From an uncultured Clostridia bacterium (GTDB lineage Bacteria; Bacillota; Clostridia; Christensenellales; UBA1242): 64,000 nt of DNA. The notes beneath the pieces were generated by a model. It saw only the letters and a list, made by a program, of their open reading frames with translations, did no database searches and had not been told where the DNA came from. This document shows, piece after piece, positions 1 to 10,881 of the stretch; positions within the stretch are counted from its first letter, which is position 1; every line of letters starts with the position of its first letter. The stretch lies in contig CALWKD010000017.1 of assembly GCA_944381175.1 (NCBI GenBank), forward strand, positions 25,952 to 89,951. Reading direction: 5' to 3'. The position numbers and the translations under genes are program-made.

Positions 1-1064
1 GCAATAACTTTTTTCAAATTTTCAACACCGTTTTTATTTTTTGTGGTGAAAAGAATTTGATTTTTCTCAATTTGAATTGGTTTTCGGAGTAAGTCGCTTT
101 TGTTCAAAATCACAAGTCTGTTGTCGGTTGCACCAAGCCCGTCAAGAATTTCATTTGTTATTTCAATATTTTTCTTGTAAAAAGGATCTGAGACATCGAC
201 AATATGAAGCACCAAATCAGCGTTTTTCACCTCTTCCAAAGTGGAAGAAAAACTCTCAACAAGTTCGTGAGGCAGTTTGCTTATAAAACCAACCGTGTCC
301 GTCAAAAGACAATACTCCCCTTCGCCCAAGAACATACGCCTGCTTGTCGTGTCCAAAGTGGCGAAAAGTTTGTCATCCGCATAGATGTTTTCTTTGGTAA
401 GAAGATTGAAAATTGAACTTTTCCCAGCATTTGTGTATCCACCCAAAACGACGCTCTTTATTCCATTCTTTTGCCTAAGCACTCGATTTTGCCTTCTGCT
501 ATTTTTTATCTTTTCAATCTCACCTTGAAGCGTCAAAATCTCCTTCTCAAGTTTTCTTCGGTCAAGTTCCAGTTTTGTCTCGCCTGGACCACGCATACCA
601 GCACCCTTTCCGCCAAAACGCCCCTGACTTCCTTTCATTGAGGAGAGTCTTGTGAGCAGATATCTGTCCTGAGCGAGTTTAACCTCAATCTTTCCCTCGC
701 TCGACTTTGCGTTCAATGCAAAAATGTCAATGATGAGCAAAATTCTGTCCAAGACCTTGATGCCAAGTTCGTCGGACAAATTTCGAAGTTGAGAGCCAGT
801 CAACTGGAAGTCCACAATCAAACAATCACACTCGTTACTTTTCAAAAACTCTTTTATCTCTTCAAGTTTTCCAACACCCATAACCGTTCTTCTGTTGAAG
901 GCGTCGATTTTTTGTGTAAAGACTTTCTCGACCTCAAGCCCCGCAGAAAAAGCCAGTCTGCAAATCTCTGCAACCTGGTATTCCTTGTCCTTTTCATTCT
1001 CAATCGGACAAAACACAATCGCTTTTTCTGTTTCGTTTTCTTCCGTCTTGTAAACTTTTTTCAT
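1..1064 (-). CDS. hflX: GTPase HflX (partial; the C-terminus runs off the window start)
   Basis: This ORF is absent from the ORF track because it is open to the window edge. My translation from the ATG at 1064..1062 reads MKKVYKTEENE...RGPGETKLELDRR...GYTNAGKSSIFN (G1), DTVGFI (G3) and NKSD (G4). That is an HflX N-domain followed by a GTPase domain. Confidence 0.85.
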   Translation of the reverse strand, partial: MKKVYKTEENETEKAIVFCPIENEKDKEYQVAEICRLAFSAGLEVEKVFTQKIDAFNRRTVMGVGKLEEIKEFLKSNECDCLIVDFQLTGSQLRNLSDELGIKVLDRILLIIDIFALNAKSSEGKIEVKLAQDRYLLTRLSSMKGSQGRFGGKGAGMRGPGETKLELDRRKLEKEILTLQGEIEKIKNSRRQNRVLRQKNGIKSVVLGGYTNAGKSSIFNLLTKENIYADDKLFATLDTTSRRMFLGEGEYCLLTDTVGFISKLPHELVESFSSTLEEVKNADLVLHIVDVSDPFYKKNIEITNEILDGLGATDNRLVILNKSDLLRKPIQIEKNQILFTTKNKNGVENLKKVI

Positions 1065-1105
1065 AGTCACATTATATCAAAACAAATCACCAAACTCAAA
1101 CAAAA

Positions 1106-1774
1106 CTACACACTTTTTGCCAAAACAGAGCCGTCAACAGTGGAAATGATGATTGAGAAACTTTCTCCGTCCACATTCACCACGGTGAAACACCAAAACA
1201 TATCTTGGAAATTGTTCATACGCTTGTCCATCACCCTAAGATAACACTCGGCATTTAAATTGGAATGTTTTTTCGCCCTTAAAATCACTTCAGAAAGTTC
1301 GCTTGACGCAATCTCAATCGCCTCATCTGCATCCACCACGAAGTCCTTTGAAACATTTTTAAGTTCAAACTCCTCTTCCATATATTCGACCGAAACGACC
1401 TCATCACCACTCATCCTTTTGCCCAAATCGACCATATATGTGTTGTTTAAGGTGTTGAGTTCCATTTCGACCTCACTCGTCACACCGTCAATGGTGAGAT
1501 TGACTTTGATGACAGAGCCGAAAACCTCATTATAAAAATTTATTGAAAAGAGAGAATAATCGGTCAACTCTCCGCTTTTTCCGTCAATGTTGTAATCAAG
1601 TTCTCGCTTTCCAGAAGAGATTGTCCCATAGACTTCTGGCGTTTCTCCAAAAAAATAAACCTCAACAGATTCGGACATATTTTCCTTCACAAAATTTTCT
1701 GTGCTCTTCCCACAACCAGCACTCAGCAGACAAACCGCAAAAAGACTCAAAACCACCGCCCCAATTTTTTTCAT
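1106..1774 (-). CDS. hypothetical lipoprotein
   Basis: 222-aa ORF with GGAGG just upstream of the ATG at 1774. The N-terminus MKKIGAVVLSLFAVCLLSAGC is a signal peptide plus lipobox. No catalytic motif was recognised. Confidence 0.6.
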   Translation of the reverse strand: MKKIGAVVLSLFAVCLLSAGCGKSTENFVKENMSESVEVYFFGETPEVYGTISSGKRELDYNIDGKSGELTDYSLFSINFYNEVFGSVIKVNLTIDGVTSEVEMELNTLNNTYMVDLGKRMSGDEVVSVEYMEEEFELKNVSKDFVVDADEAIEIASSELSEVILRAKKHSNLNAECYLRVMDKRMNNFQDMFWCFTVVNVDGESFSIIISTVDGSVLAKSV

Positions 1775-1879
1775 AAAACCTCCAAAATGTTTGTTCTAAC
1801 CCAATTATATGTTTGGAAAATTTAAAAAATATGCTAAAATAAGCATAGATTACGAAGAAAAAGGTCGATTTTTGGACAA

Positions 1880-2608
1880 ATGGAAAACAAATCACAAAAA
1901 TGTGTGCACGAAGGGCATCGTGAGAGATTGACAGAACTTGCTCTGTCTGCTGGAATTGAAAACTTGAGCAACATCCAAGCGGTTGAATTTTTCTTGACAT
2001 ACATATTCCCAAGAGGAGATGTAAACCCGCTTGCACACAAACTTCTCGACAAATTTGGTTCTTTTTCAAATATAGTTGACGCCGAAATTGCCGACTTATG
2101 CACAGTTTCGGGCATCAATGTTCGCTCTGCAAAGAAAATCAAACTATTCGGCAAAATGATTGACCTTTACAGTTTTTCAAAATTTAACCGAAAAATCAAC
2201 TTGAAAAATATGAAAGAATTTTTAAATATTCTTGAAGCCTTGTTGAAAGTTAAATCAACTGAAAATCTTTTTCTCTTTGGTTTTGACCACAGTTTCAATC
2301 TCATTCAACAAAGAAAGTATGAGATGAAAAGAGTCAGAGAAGTTGGAATCTCGCCTCTCGAACTCTATGCTTTCATCTCCTCAACAAACCCAGCCTATTT
2401 GATTGTGGCTCACAACCACCCTGGAGGCACTGCACTCGCCTCGCCTGACGACCACCAAGCCGTAAAATTTATTGAAGATATTCTCAAACACTTGGAATGC
2501 AAGTTGATTGACAGTTTGATTGTCGGCATTGACGGAATCTACAGCGAAAAGCAAGCCTCATTCATCAGACCTTACAGTCAAACTGACAAAATCATTGCTT
2601 TGCCATAG
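1880..2608 (+). CDS. radC: RadC-family JAB/MPN domain protein (paralog 1)
   Basis: 242 aa. It has the N-terminal HEGHRERL...EFFLTYIFPRGD...SGINVRSAKK (RadC HhH-like region) and the C-terminal JAMM-type motif AHNHPGGTALASPDD. Confidence 0.8.
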   Translation: MENKSQKCVHEGHRERLTELALSAGIENLSNIQAVEFFLTYIFPRGDVNPLAHKLLDKFGSFSNIVDAEIADLCTVSGINVRSAKKIKLFGKMIDLYSFSKFNRKINLKNMKEFLNILEALLKVKSTENLFLFGFDHSFNLIQQRKYEMKRVREVGISPLELYAFISSTNPAYLIVAHNHPGGTALASPDDHQAVKFIEDILKHLECKLIDSLIVGIDGIYSEKQASFIRPYSQTDKIIALP

Positions 2609-2638
2609 GTTTTTGATTTTCAAAGCACTCAATATTGT

Positions 2639-2667
2639 TTGATTTTTTGTAATGAATATGATAGAAT
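2639..2667 (+). promoter_or_regulatory. sigma-A-type promoter of the ABC-like gene
   Basis: TTGATT (2639-2644), 17-nt spacer, then TGaTAGAAT (extended -10, hexamer 2662-2667). Only 10 nt separate the -10 from the ATG at 2678, and there is no SD. Confidence 0.4.
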
Positions 2668-2677
2668 TAAAATAGAT

Positions 2678-4390
2678 ATGAGAACAAAAGCAAAAGCGCA
2701 AAAGACTAAAAAAGATAAACAAGAAAATTTGTTTAAACGCTGGTATAAATTGTGTGAACCAAACAAAAAAGTTTGGTTTTTTCAAATATTTTTCTATGTT
2801 TTGTATGCAGGCATCTATGCTTCAATGACAATCTTCGCCGCAAAGACAATAAATTGCTTATATAATTCCGATTGGAAAGGAGCATTCTTTTGGCTGGCAA
2901 TTGAATTTTTGGATATTATGCTTAGAAGTCTTGCCTACCATTGCCAGTATATCTTCTACGGGAAACATTATGGCATAATTCGCAAAAATATTACCACAAA
3001 AATCTATGATAAGTTGATGAAATGCGAAGAGAGAGGAATCAAAAAACTCTCTTCCGAGAAAATCATAAACATCGCCCAAGAAAATATGTCTTATGCGGGT
3101 GAGTTTCCTGAATATATCGCGAGTATTTGCTCCTACTTGGTACAAGTTGCCATTGCACTTGTGACAATTTTCACCGCAAACATTTACGCGGGGCTCATCG
3201 TCGCCTGCCTTGGAGTTGTAAACTTCTTCGTCTACAACGCTCTCAACAAAAAAATGGGCAGAATTATGAACAACCGTTATGAAAAGAAAGACAACTCCTT
3301 TAAGGAATATACAAAAATTCTTTCTGGAAAGGCGGTTATTCAAGAGATAGAAACGGACGAAAATTATAAAAAAAATTTGCTGAGCCACATCGACGAGTTC
3401 AATAAAGAATATTCAAAATATTACATAACCAACTCTTTCAGAGACAATGTGTATTACATAATTTGGAATGTTGTTGTGTATGCAATCACCGCATTTTTGA
3501 TTTATTTTGTTTCAAAAGGCAGATTAGAAATTTCCGTTTATTTGATCATTGTGCCATATCTGACCACCTGCACCGACAAACTCAACACCCTCTACACCAA
3601 GTTCGGTGGCGTGGAAAATATGCGTGTCGATGTCGACAGAATCAATATGATTCTAAGCCTCACCGACCGCCAACTTGTCCAATATGGAAACATAAACAAG
3701 GTTTCGGAAGGATACAATTTGGGACTTATTGATGTTTCCTACAAATCTTCGACCCCAAGCAAAGTGAACCTGAGAAACATCGACATTTCTTTCAAAATGC
3801 ACGGCGTAAACATCATCAAAGGCGACAGAGGTTGCGGAAAGAGACCAATTTTCAATATGCTCAGACGAAGAATCAAGCCAGACAGCGGAGAAATCTTGCT
3901 CGACAATTTGAATTTGTATGATTACAGCGAAAAGACATTCAAAAACAACATTGACTATTGCTCCTCACACCCGTCTTTCATAAGTGGAACTGTCAAAGAG
4001 AATTTGTTGCTTGTCAAAAACGATTTCAAGTTTATCACCGAACTTGTGAAAGAATTGGAACTTGAGGACAAAATCAACGCTCTCCCTCAAGTATACGACA
4101 CTCAAATCTCAGACATAACCGACGGCGAAACAAGATTTTGGATTGGGCTTATCCGTGCGGCACTGAGCAACTGCAAAATTTTGATGATTTATGAATATCC
4201 TGAAGAGGTCACCCCAAGTTTCCACACCACACTTCAAAAAATCATTGCAAAGTCCGAGCCTCAAAAACGAACACTTATTCTCTTCACTCATAAAGATGAT
4301 TACGACTCTCTTGCAGATATGATTTTCAAGATTCAAAATGGAAAAATCAAAATTGGAAAACCATTCAACCAAAAGAAACAAAACGCATAA
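2678..4390 (+). CDS. ABC exporter-type fused permease/ATPase with a degenerate nucleotide-binding domain
   Basis: The ORF in the track runs 2639-4390; the likely start is the ATG at 2678 (MRTKAKAQ). It has an N-terminal six-helix exporter-like TMD. The C-terminal NBD has Walker A GDRGCGKR (R in place of S/T), signature ITDGE in place of LSGGQ, Walker B ILMIYEYPE in place of hhhhDE, and retains the H-loop (LFTHK). Confidence 0.7.
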   Translation: MRTKAKAQKTKKDKQENLFKRWYKLCEPNKKVWFFQIFFYVLYAGIYASMTIFAAKTINCLYNSDWKGAFFWLAIEFLDIMLRSLAYHCQYIFYGKHYGIIRKNITTKIYDKLMKCEERGIKKLSSEKIINIAQENMSYAGEFPEYIASICSYLVQVAIALVTIFTANIYAGLIVACLGVVNFFVYNALNKKMGRIMNNRYEKKDNSFKEYTKILSGKAVIQEIETDENYKKNLLSHIDEFNKEYSKYYITNSFRDNVYYIIWNVVVYAITAFLIYFVSKGRLEISVYLIIVPYLTTCTDKLNTLYTKFGGVENMRVDVDRINMILSLTDRQLVQYGNINKVSEGYNLGLIDVSYKSSTPSKVNLRNIDISFKMHGVNIIKGDRGCGKRPIFNMLRRRIKPDSGEILLDNLNLYDYSEKTFKNNIDYCSSHPSFISGTVKENLLLVKNDFKFITELVKELELEDKINALPQVYDTQISDITDGETRFWIGLIRAALSNCKILMIYEYPEEVTPSFHTTLQKIIAKSEPQKRTLILFTHKDDYDSLADMIFKIQNGKIKIGKPFNQKKQNA

Positions 4391-4426
4391 AAAAAATCCA
4401 TCAAATCTGATGGATTTTATTTTTTC
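4391..4426. terminator. bidirectional rho-independent terminator
   Basis: Perfect 11-bp stem AAAATCCATCA (4393-4403) / TGATGGATTTT (4408-4418) with a 4-nt loop. It is flanked by an A-run and a T-run, lies between convergent genes, and overlaps the stop codon of the MBL gene. Confidence 0.65.
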
Positions 4427-5202
4427 AACCGAAACATTGTGGTAGGCCTTGTCAACGCGACATCAATCTTGAAACTCTCCCCTTCCACAAGCCCTTTCTG
4501 TGAAAGTTTTGAGGATATGTAATTAAAAGCAATCTCTGGAGCATTTGTCTCTTTGCTGAGGTGAGAGAGCACAATTTGTCTCGTCCCCGTCAAAATCAAT
4601 TTCTCCGCAAAATCGGCACTCGCGTCATTTGACAGATGCCCATTTGCACCGCCAATTCTCATTTTCAAGGAAAGCGGATACTTTGGGCAGTTTTTGAGCA
4701 TATTCAAATCGTGATTCGCTTCCAAATACACAAGAGTGCAACCTTTGACCGCGCGAAAAATTTCTTCATTTGTGTGTCCAAGGTCCGTCAAAATTCCAAT
4801 TTTTTTGTCTCCGTCTGAGACGCTTAAACCAAAGCACTTCACGTCGTGAGGAACTTCCACAGGATGAATAATAAGGTCGTTTATTGCAAAATCGTCATCA
4901 AAAACCTTTCTGTCACGCTCTTGCATTGTCAGTTTGTCACACAAACCAGATTTCCAGACCTCTTCGTGTGCATAAACTGGCGTGTGGAACTTTTTGCTGA
5001 AGACATTTATGCCTTTAATGTGGTCGGAATGTTCGTGAGTGACAACAATTGCGTCTATTGACTCTCCGTCAACCCCAATAAGTTTCAATTTCTCCGTCGC
5101 ATCCTTGCACGAAAGCCCCATATCCACCAAAATTCGTGAATGTTCTCCCTCAATATATGTCAAATTTCCATCGCTTCCAGACGACAAATTGATAACTCTC
5201 AT
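4417..5202 (-). CDS. MBL-fold metallo-hydrolase (YycJ/WalJ-like)
   Basis: Contains the HxHxDH motif VVTHEHSDHIKG. The canonical N-terminus MRVINLSSGSDGN starts at the ATG at 5202. The track ORF begins 7 codons earlier at a TTG that overlaps the promoter. Confidence 0.8.
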   Translation of the reverse strand: MRVINLSSGSDGNLTYIEGEHSRILVDMGLSCKDATEKLKLIGVDGESIDAIVVTHEHSDHIKGINVFSKKFHTPVYAHEEVWKSGLCDKLTMQERDRKVFDDDFAINDLIIHPVEVPHDVKCFGLSVSDGDKKIGILTDLGHTNEEIFRAVKGCTLVYLEANHDLNMLKNCPKYPLSLKMRIGGANGHLSNDASADFAEKLILTGTRQIVLSHLSKETNAPEIAFNYISSKLSQKGLVEGESFKIDVALTRPTTMFRLKK

Positions 5203-5211
5203 AATAGGCAC

Positions 5212-5241
5212 ATTATACACCAAACATCATCAAAAAGTCAA
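5212..5241 (-). promoter_or_regulatory. sigma-A-type promoter abutting the MBL gene start
   Basis: On the minus strand: TTGACT (5241..5236), 18-nt spacer, TATAAT (5217..5212). Then 9 nt to the ATG at 5202, with no SD. Confidence 0.45.
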
Positions 5242-5342
5242 TTTAAAATGACACATCAAGCGTTTGTATGCTCAACAAACACCAGTTCGTATTTCAAAAG
5301 TGTCGCAGTTTTTTCTCAAATAAGAAATGTTGATAAGAGGGC

Positions 5343-8159
5343 TTAAGTTTCCAACATCTTCTTCAAGAATTGCCCTGTGTAACTTTCTTTGACTTTTGCA
5401 ATCTCTTCTGGCGTGCCAGTTGCAACAATTGTTCCACCCTCATCTCCGCCTTCTGGGCCGATATCAATGATATAATCAGCACACTTGATGACATCAAGGT
5501 TGTGCTCAATGACGACAACGGAATTTCCATTTCCAATCAGCCTCTGCAAAATTGCAATAAGTTTCTTGACATCATACATATGAAGTCCAGTGGTTGGCTC
5601 ATCCAAGATATACATCGTCTTTCCTGTCTCACGCCTTGAAAGTTCGGAAGCAAGTTTAACTCTTTGTGCTTCTCCTCCAGAAAGCGTGGTCGCAGGTTGC
5701 CCGAGTTTGATGTAAGACAATCCAACATCAAAAAGTGCCTGCAATTTGTTTTTGATTGGTGGGATATTCTCAAAGAAAGAAAGTGCTTCCTCAACGGTCA
5801 TATCAAGGACATCGCTGATTGTCTTTCCCTTGTATTTCACTTCCAAAGTCTCCCTGTTGTAGCGTTTGCCGTGGCAGACTTCACAAGGAACGGTTATGTC
5901 TGGCAAAAAATACATCTCAATATCTTTGACGCCCGCACCTTCGCACGCTTCACATCTTCCACCCTTGATGTTGAAACTGAATCTTCCCGAGTTAAACCCT
6001 CTCGCCTTTGCATCTGGCGTTTGAGCAAAAAGTTCTCGAATTGCCGTAAACACCCCAGTGTATGTCGCTGGGTTGCTTCGTGGCGTTCTTCCAATCGGCG
6101 CTTGGTCGATGTTTATCACCTTGTCCAAAACCTCGGCGTTTTTTATCGCCTTAAAGTTTCCAAGTTCCAACTTGCTGTTGTTGAGCATATTGGATAGATA
6201 TGGAAAGAGGATTCCATTAACAAGGCTTGACTTTCCACTTCCCGAAACACCCGTGACAACAGTGAGTACGCCCGTCGGAATTTTGACATCGATGTTTTTC
6301 AAATTGTTTTCTTTCGCGCCCAAAATTGTGAGGTAATCTTTCGGTTTTCTCCTCTCCTTTGGCACTTCAATCTTCTCTTCTCCACGCAAAAACTTTGCAG
6401 TGATAGACCTTTTGCTTTTCATCACTTCATCGACAGTTCCGCAAGCGACAATCTCTCCTCCGTGCACTCCAGCATAAGGTCCGACATCGACCAAATAGTC
6501 CGCCGACCTAATAGTGTCCTCGTCGTGTTCAACAACAATAAGAGTGTTCCCCAAGTCTTTAAGTTTCTTAAGTGTCGCCAAAAGTTTTTCGTTGTCTCTT
6601 TGGTGCAAACCGATTGACGGCTCGTCCAAGATGTAAAGCACCCCAACAAGTCCGCTCCCAATTTGAGTCGCAAGCCTTATTCTCTGCGCCTCACCACCCG
6701 AAAGCGTCTCAGCGGAGCGGTTTAAAGTGAGATAGCCAAGCCCGACATCTTGCAAAAAGTTGAGTCTTGCCAAAACCTCTTTCAAGATAGGCTCTGCAAT
6801 CTGAGTCTCCACCTTCCCAAGTTGCAAATTTTCAAAAATTGGAATAAGATTTTTGACGCTGAAACCACAATAATCATCAATATCTTTTCTGTTGATTTTG
6901 ACAGAGAGTGCGGACTCGTTGAGCCTCTTCCCTTGGCAAACCCGACACTTTTGCTCCCTCATAAACCTTCCAATTTCAAACTTGACATATTCGCTTGAGG
7001 TCTCTTTGTATCTTCTTCGCAAGTTGTTGACAATTCCTTCAAAGACAACCGACATAACTCGCTTGCCGTGCTCACTGTCCACTTCCACATCAATCTTGTC
7101 AGTTCCCGTGCCATAGAGCAGAATTTTGACCTTGTCTTTCGGCAATTTTTTAACAGGGGTGTTCAAATCAATGTCGTATTGCTTTGAGAGTGCAACAAAA
7201 TATGCCCTTGCCATTGAGCCCTGTTCCATTCTCCAACCAGTCAGATTGAAAGCCCCCTCGCTTATTGATAGGTCGGAATTTTTCAAAACAACTCCCTCGT
7301 CAATATCCAAAGTGTAACCAAGCCCCGTGCAGTGCGGACAAGCACCATAAGGAGCATTGAAAGAGAAGAGTCTTGGAGAAATTTCTTCAAGCGTCCAACC
7401 GCACTCTGGGCAAGCATAATTTGTGGAATATAGTTCTTTTTTTTCATCGGAAGAGACATAAACAAGCCCGTCGGCAAGTTTTAATGCAGTCTCCAAACTC
7501 TCCGTAAGCCTTGTGTCCTTCCCCTCTTTCAAAACAATTCTGTCAACCACAACATTTATGTCGTGCTTGATATTTTTGTCGAGCGTGATGGTCTCATCAA
7601 GCGTAAAGATGTTCCCGTCGACCTCAACTCTGACAAAACCACTTTTTTTCAACGATTCAAAGAGTTTCTCGTGTCTACCTTTCTGCCCACGAACAACGGG
7701 AGCGAGAATTGTGATTTTTGCGCCTTCGCTCAACTCTTTGATTGCATCGACAATTTGGTCGATGGTTTGCTGTTTCACTTCCCTGTGGCAATTCGGACAG
7801 TATGGAGTTCCGACACGTGCAAAAAGAAGTCTGAGATAGTCATATATCTCAGTTACCGTCCCCACTGTCGAACGCGGATTTCTGTTTGTTGTCTTTTGGT
7901 CGATTGAAATCGCTGGAGAAAGCCCCTCAATGACCTCCACATCAGGTTTTTGCGTCTGTCCCAAAAACATTCTCGCATAAGAAGAAAGACTTTCGATATA
8001 TCTTCTTTGCCCCTCAGCAAAGATTGTCCCAAATGCAAGAGACGATTTCCCTGACCCGCTCACACCAGTGAAAACCACCAACTTGTCTCTCGGAATTTCC
8101 AAACTGACATTTTTTAGATTGTTTTCTTTTGCTCCGATAATTTTTATAGAATTTTTCAT
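5343..8159 (-). CDS. uvrA: excinuclease ABC subunit A
   Basis: 938 aa. It has two ABC modules (GVSGSGKSS twice, LSGGEAQR twice) and CxxC zinc-finger pairs. The N-terminus is the typical [13 protein letters not shown]. Confidence 0.97.
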   Translation of the reverse strand: MKNSIKIIGAKENNLKNVSLEIPRDKLVVFTGVSGSGKSSLAFGTIFAEGQRRYIESLSSYARMFLGQTQKPDVEVIEGLSPAISIDQKTTNRNPRSTVGTVTEIYDYLRLLFARVGTPYCPNCHREVKQQTIDQIVDAIKELSEGAKITILAPVVRGQKGRHEKLFESLKKSGFVRVEVDGNIFTLDETITLDKNIKHDINVVVDRIVLKEGKDTRLTESLETALKLADGLVYVSSDEKKELYSTNYACPECGWTLEEISPRLFSFNAPYGACPHCTGLGYTLDIDEGVVLKNSDLSISEGAFNLTGWRMEQGSMARAYFVALSKQYDIDLNTPVKKLPKDKVKILLYGTGTDKIDVEVDSEHGKRVMSVVFEGIVNNLRRRYKETSSEYVKFEIGRFMREQKCRVCQGKRLNESALSVKINRKDIDDYCGFSVKNLIPIFENLQLGKVETQIAEPILKEVLARLNFLQDVGLGYLTLNRSAETLSGGEAQRIRLATQIGSGLVGVLYILDEPSIGLHQRDNEKLLATLKKLKDLGNTLIVVEHDEDTIRSADYLVDVGPYAGVHGGEIVACGTVDEVMKSKRSITAKFLRGEEKIEVPKERRKPKDYLTILGAKENNLKNIDVKIPTGVLTVVTGVSGSGKSSLVNGILFPYLSNMLNNSKLELGNFKAIKNAEVLDKVINIDQAPIGRTPRSNPATYTGVFTAIRELFAQTPDAKARGFNSGRFSFNIKGGRCEACEGAGVKDIEMYFLPDITVPCEVCHGKRYNRETLEVKYKGKTISDVLDMTVEEALSFFENIPPIKNKLQALFDVGLSYIKLGQPATTLSGGEAQRVKLASELSRRETGKTMYILDEPTTGLHMYDVKKLIAILQRLIGNGNSVVVIEHNLDVIKCADYIIDIGPEGGDEGGTIVATGTPEEIAKVKESYTGQFLKKMLET

Positions 8160-8244
8160 AAACCACCTTCGTTCAATTTATCTTTTTAAGCATAGCAAAA
8201 TCAATACTCTTTTTCAAAAAGAATTATAGCACATTTTCGGCAAA

Positions 8245-8279
8245 AAATATCAATGAAAAAACCACAAATTTGTGGTTTT
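8245..8279 (-). terminator. rho-independent terminator overlapping the last codons of the upstream gene
   Basis: The minus strand reads AAAACCACAAATTTGTGGTTTTTT, a palindromic stem followed by a T-run. It spans the last about 10 codons and the stop of the 8250-8768 gene, upstream of uvrA. Confidence 0.5.
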
Positions 8280-8768
8280 GACAGTTTTCTCAAACAAGTC
8301 CTCTTTCAGCATCCTTGGCACTCTCTTTATCTTCTTTTTCTTTCCCCGCTTTGATTGCATTGTTTGTGGAAACAATGGTAGGAATTGAGAGGAAAACTCC
8401 TGCGGAAAACCGACCACTGCACCATACAAATTTTTGTTGTATTCAGACTCAATACTTTCCTTTGTGTCAAAATATTCTTTTGAAGCAGACGCCGAAACCA
8501 AATCACTTTGCATATATTTGTCCATGTTCTCAATCTGATTTTTTGAAAGCCTACACTCTTCCGAAATGTTTTTTGTTGGGTTTGTCACAGAATTTTCACT
8601 CTCGTTTTCAAAGCCATTTTCATAAGCAATCTCAAAGAGTGCCTTAAACATCATTTCGTCGTGTGATTTCATCTTGTCCAATGAAAATGTCGCTCCGACA
8701 AATGCAGAGATAGTGCTAACCGCACACGCACTCGCACACAGAAACAACTTCAAACTTTTGCCATTCAT
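8250..8768 (-). CDS. hypothetical secreted or membrane-anchored protein
   Basis: The likely start is the ATG at 8768 (MNGKSLKLFLCASACAVSTISAFVGA, a signal-like N-terminus), preceded by AGGGGA at 8-nt spacing. No recognisable domain. It sits between uvrB and uvrA. Confidence 0.5.
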   Translation of the reverse strand: MNGKSLKLFLCASACAVSTISAFVGATFSLDKMKSHDEMMFKALFEIAYENGFENESENSVTNPTKNISEECRLSKNQIENMDKYMQSDLVSASASKEYFDTKESIESEYNKNLYGAVVGFPQEFSSQFLPLFPQTMQSKRGKKKKIKRVPRMLKEDLFEKTVKTTNLWFFH

Positions 8769-8793
8769 AAACTTTATCCCCTTACTTGCGTCG

Positions 8794-8822
8794 ATTTTAT
8801 CACTTTTATGAAAATTTGTCAA
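8794..8822 (-). promoter_or_regulatory. sigma-A-type promoter
   Basis: On the minus strand: TTGACA (8822..8817), 17-nt spacer, TGaTAAAAT (hexamer 8799..8794). It is followed by a 25-nt leader carrying an SD. Confidence 0.5.
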
Positions 8823-8866
8823 TATCAAGATTTCTCAAAAACGGCACAAAACACAAGCATCAGTTT

Positions 8867-10837
8867 TTACTCAATTTTATCTTTTCGATTTAGTCGCTTT
8901 TTAAGAGTGTTGATTTTGTTTCTAAGTTCAATCGCTCTCTCAAAATCAAGTTGAGAGGACGCAATTTTCATCATAGAAGTGAGTCTGTCAATCTCTTTTG
9001 GAATATCCTTTCTTGAGATATTGTCGCTTTCAACTTTCTTGCTTATGTCAAGAGTGTTTTTGATTTCTTTGATAATAGTCTTTGGCACGATGTTATGCTC
9101 TTTGTTGAACTCTTCTTGAAGTTTTCTTCTTCTGTTTGTCTCATCAATCGCCCTCTGCATTGATTTTGTGATTGTGTCAGCAAACATAATCACTCTGCCA
9201 TTTTCATTTCTTGCAGCACGGCCAATGGTCTGAATAAGTGCCCCTTCGCTTCGCAAAAAGCCCTCTTTGTCCGCGTCGAGAATACAAACAAGTTCCACTT
9301 CTGGCATATCGAGCCCTTCTCGCAAAAGGTTTATTCCCACAAGCACATCAAACTCGCCCTGTCGAAGCCCGTTTATTATCTCCACTCTCTCCATTGTGTC
9401 AATTTCTGAGTGCAAATACTTCACCTTAAACTCTCTGTCCGCCAAATAGGTGGTCAAACTTTCCGCCATTTTCTTTGTAAGAGTTGTGACAAGCACCCTC
9501 GCTCCTCTGTCAATGGTCTTCTTGCACTCAATCATCAACTGCTCAACTTGATTTTTGATAGGTTTTATCTCAATAAGTGGGTCAAGCAACCCAGTCGGTC
9601 TGATGACCTGCTCCACAACTTGCCCAGCCTTTTCAAGTTCGTATGGTCCAGGAGTTGCAGAAATATAAATGGTTTGCTTAAGTTTCTTTTCAAATTCATC
9701 AAATTTGAGAGGTCTGTTGTCCTTTGCAGCCTCAAGCCTAAATCCGAAATCAACAAGCGAAGTTTTTCTTGCTTTGTCGCCGTTGTACATTGCTCTAATT
9801 TGCGGAATAGTCATATGACTTTCATCGATTATGGTCAAAAAGTCTTTCGGAAAATAATCAATAAGCGTGTAAGGTGCTTCTCCAGGTCTCCTGCCGTCAA
9901 AATATCTGGAATAGTTTTCAATTCCACTGCAGTAACCCACTTCTTTCATCATCTCAATGTCATATGCGACTCTCTGCCCAATTCTCTCCGCCTCAATAGG
10001 TTTCCCCTCAGCCTCAAATTTTGCAATCGCCTCTTCCCTGTCTTTCTCAATTTGCTCAATAGCATTTTGCAGAGTGTTTGCACCGACCGCGTAATGCGTT
10101 GATGGATAAATTGCGACATAGGAAACTTCGTTCAACATATTCCCTGTGACTGGGTCAAACTCAAAAATCTTCTCCACTTCGTCGCCGAAAAATCTCACTC
10201 TTATCGCCATTTCAGATTGGTTTGCAGGGAAAATGTCAATCACATCACCCTTCACTCTGAAAGTCGTTCGCTTGAAATCGACATCGTTTCTCGTGTATTG
10301 AATGGCAATGAGGTGATTGATAAGTTCGTCCCGATCGACCTCTTCCCCTTCTCTGAGCGAAATATGGAGGTTGTGATATTCATCAGGGCTTCCCAAACCA
10401 TAAATACAAGAAACTGACGCAACAACAATTGTGTCTCGTCTTTCCAAAAGTGAGGAGGTCGCCGATGAGCGTAATTTGTCAATGTCCTCATTGACACTCA
10501 TATCTTTTTCGATGTATGTGTCAGTTGAGACAATGTAAGCCTCTGGCTGATAATAATCATAATAACTCACAAAATATTCCACTCTGTTGTTTGGGAAAAA
10601 CTCACGGAACTCATTGCAAAGTTGTGCCGCGAGAGTCTTGTTGTGAGCAATGACAAGGGTCGGCTTCTGCACCTTTTCGATTATGTTTGCGATCGTAAAG
10701 GTCTTTCCCGAACCAGTCACCCCCAAAAGCACTTGGTCCTTAAGCCCATCCTCAATTCCCTCCACAAGTTTCTCAATCGCCTGAGGTTGATCTCCCGCAG
10801 GCTTGTATTTTGAATGTAAAACAAATTTTTCTTCCAT
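8867..10837 (-). CDS. uvrB: excinuclease ABC subunit B
   Basis: Contains Walker A GVTGSGKT and the DESH box. The canonical N-terminus [24 protein letters not shown] starts at the ATG at 10837. The track ORF has a 16-codon TTG-initiated extension that I reject. Confidence 0.97.
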   Translation of the reverse strand: MEEKFVLHSKYKPAGDQPQAIEKLVEGIEDGLKDQVLLGVTGSGKTFTIANIIEKVQKPTLVIAHNKTLAAQLCNEFREFFPNNRVEYFVSYYDYYQPEAYIVSTDTYIEKDMSVNEDIDKLRSSATSSLLERRDTIVVASVSCIYGLGSPDEYHNLHISLREGEEVDRDELINHLIAIQYTRNDVDFKRTTFRVKGDVIDIFPANQSEMAIRVRFFGDEVEKIFEFDPVTGNMLNEVSYVAIYPSTHYAVGANTLQNAIEQIEKDREEAIAKFEAEGKPIEAERIGQRVAYDIEMMKEVGYCSGIENYSRYFDGRRPGEAPYTLIDYFPKDFLTIIDESHMTIPQIRAMYNGDKARKTSLVDFGFRLEAAKDNRPLKFDEFEKKLKQTIYISATPGPYELEKAGQVVEQVIRPTGLLDPLIEIKPIKNQVEQLMIECKKTIDRGARVLVTTLTKKMAESLTTYLADREFKVKYLHSEIDTMERVEIINGLRQGEFDVLVGINLLREGLDMPEVELVCILDADKEGFLRSEGALIQTIGRAARNENGRVIMFADTITKSMQRAIDETNRRRKLQEEFNKEHNIVPKTIIKEIKNTLDISKKVESDNISRKDIPKEIDRLTSMMKIASSQLDFERAIELRNKINTLKKRLNRKDKIE

Positions 10838-10843
10838 AAGCGT

Positions 10844-10852
10844 ATTATACCA
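10844..10852 (-). promoter_or_regulatory. extended -10 element 6 nt upstream of the uvrB ATG
   Basis: The minus strand reads TGgTATAAT, then ACGCTT, then ATG (10837). There is no SD. Confidence 0.4.
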
Positions 10853-10881
10853 CACTTTGGGAAAAGTTCCACATATATAAT

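Noticed and set aside
1662-2154. Two minus-strand ORFs (1662-2069 and 1834-2154) overlap the radC1 start region.
   Set aside because: They overlap a motif-supported plus-strand gene and its promoter. They have no RBS and their sequence is not protein-like.
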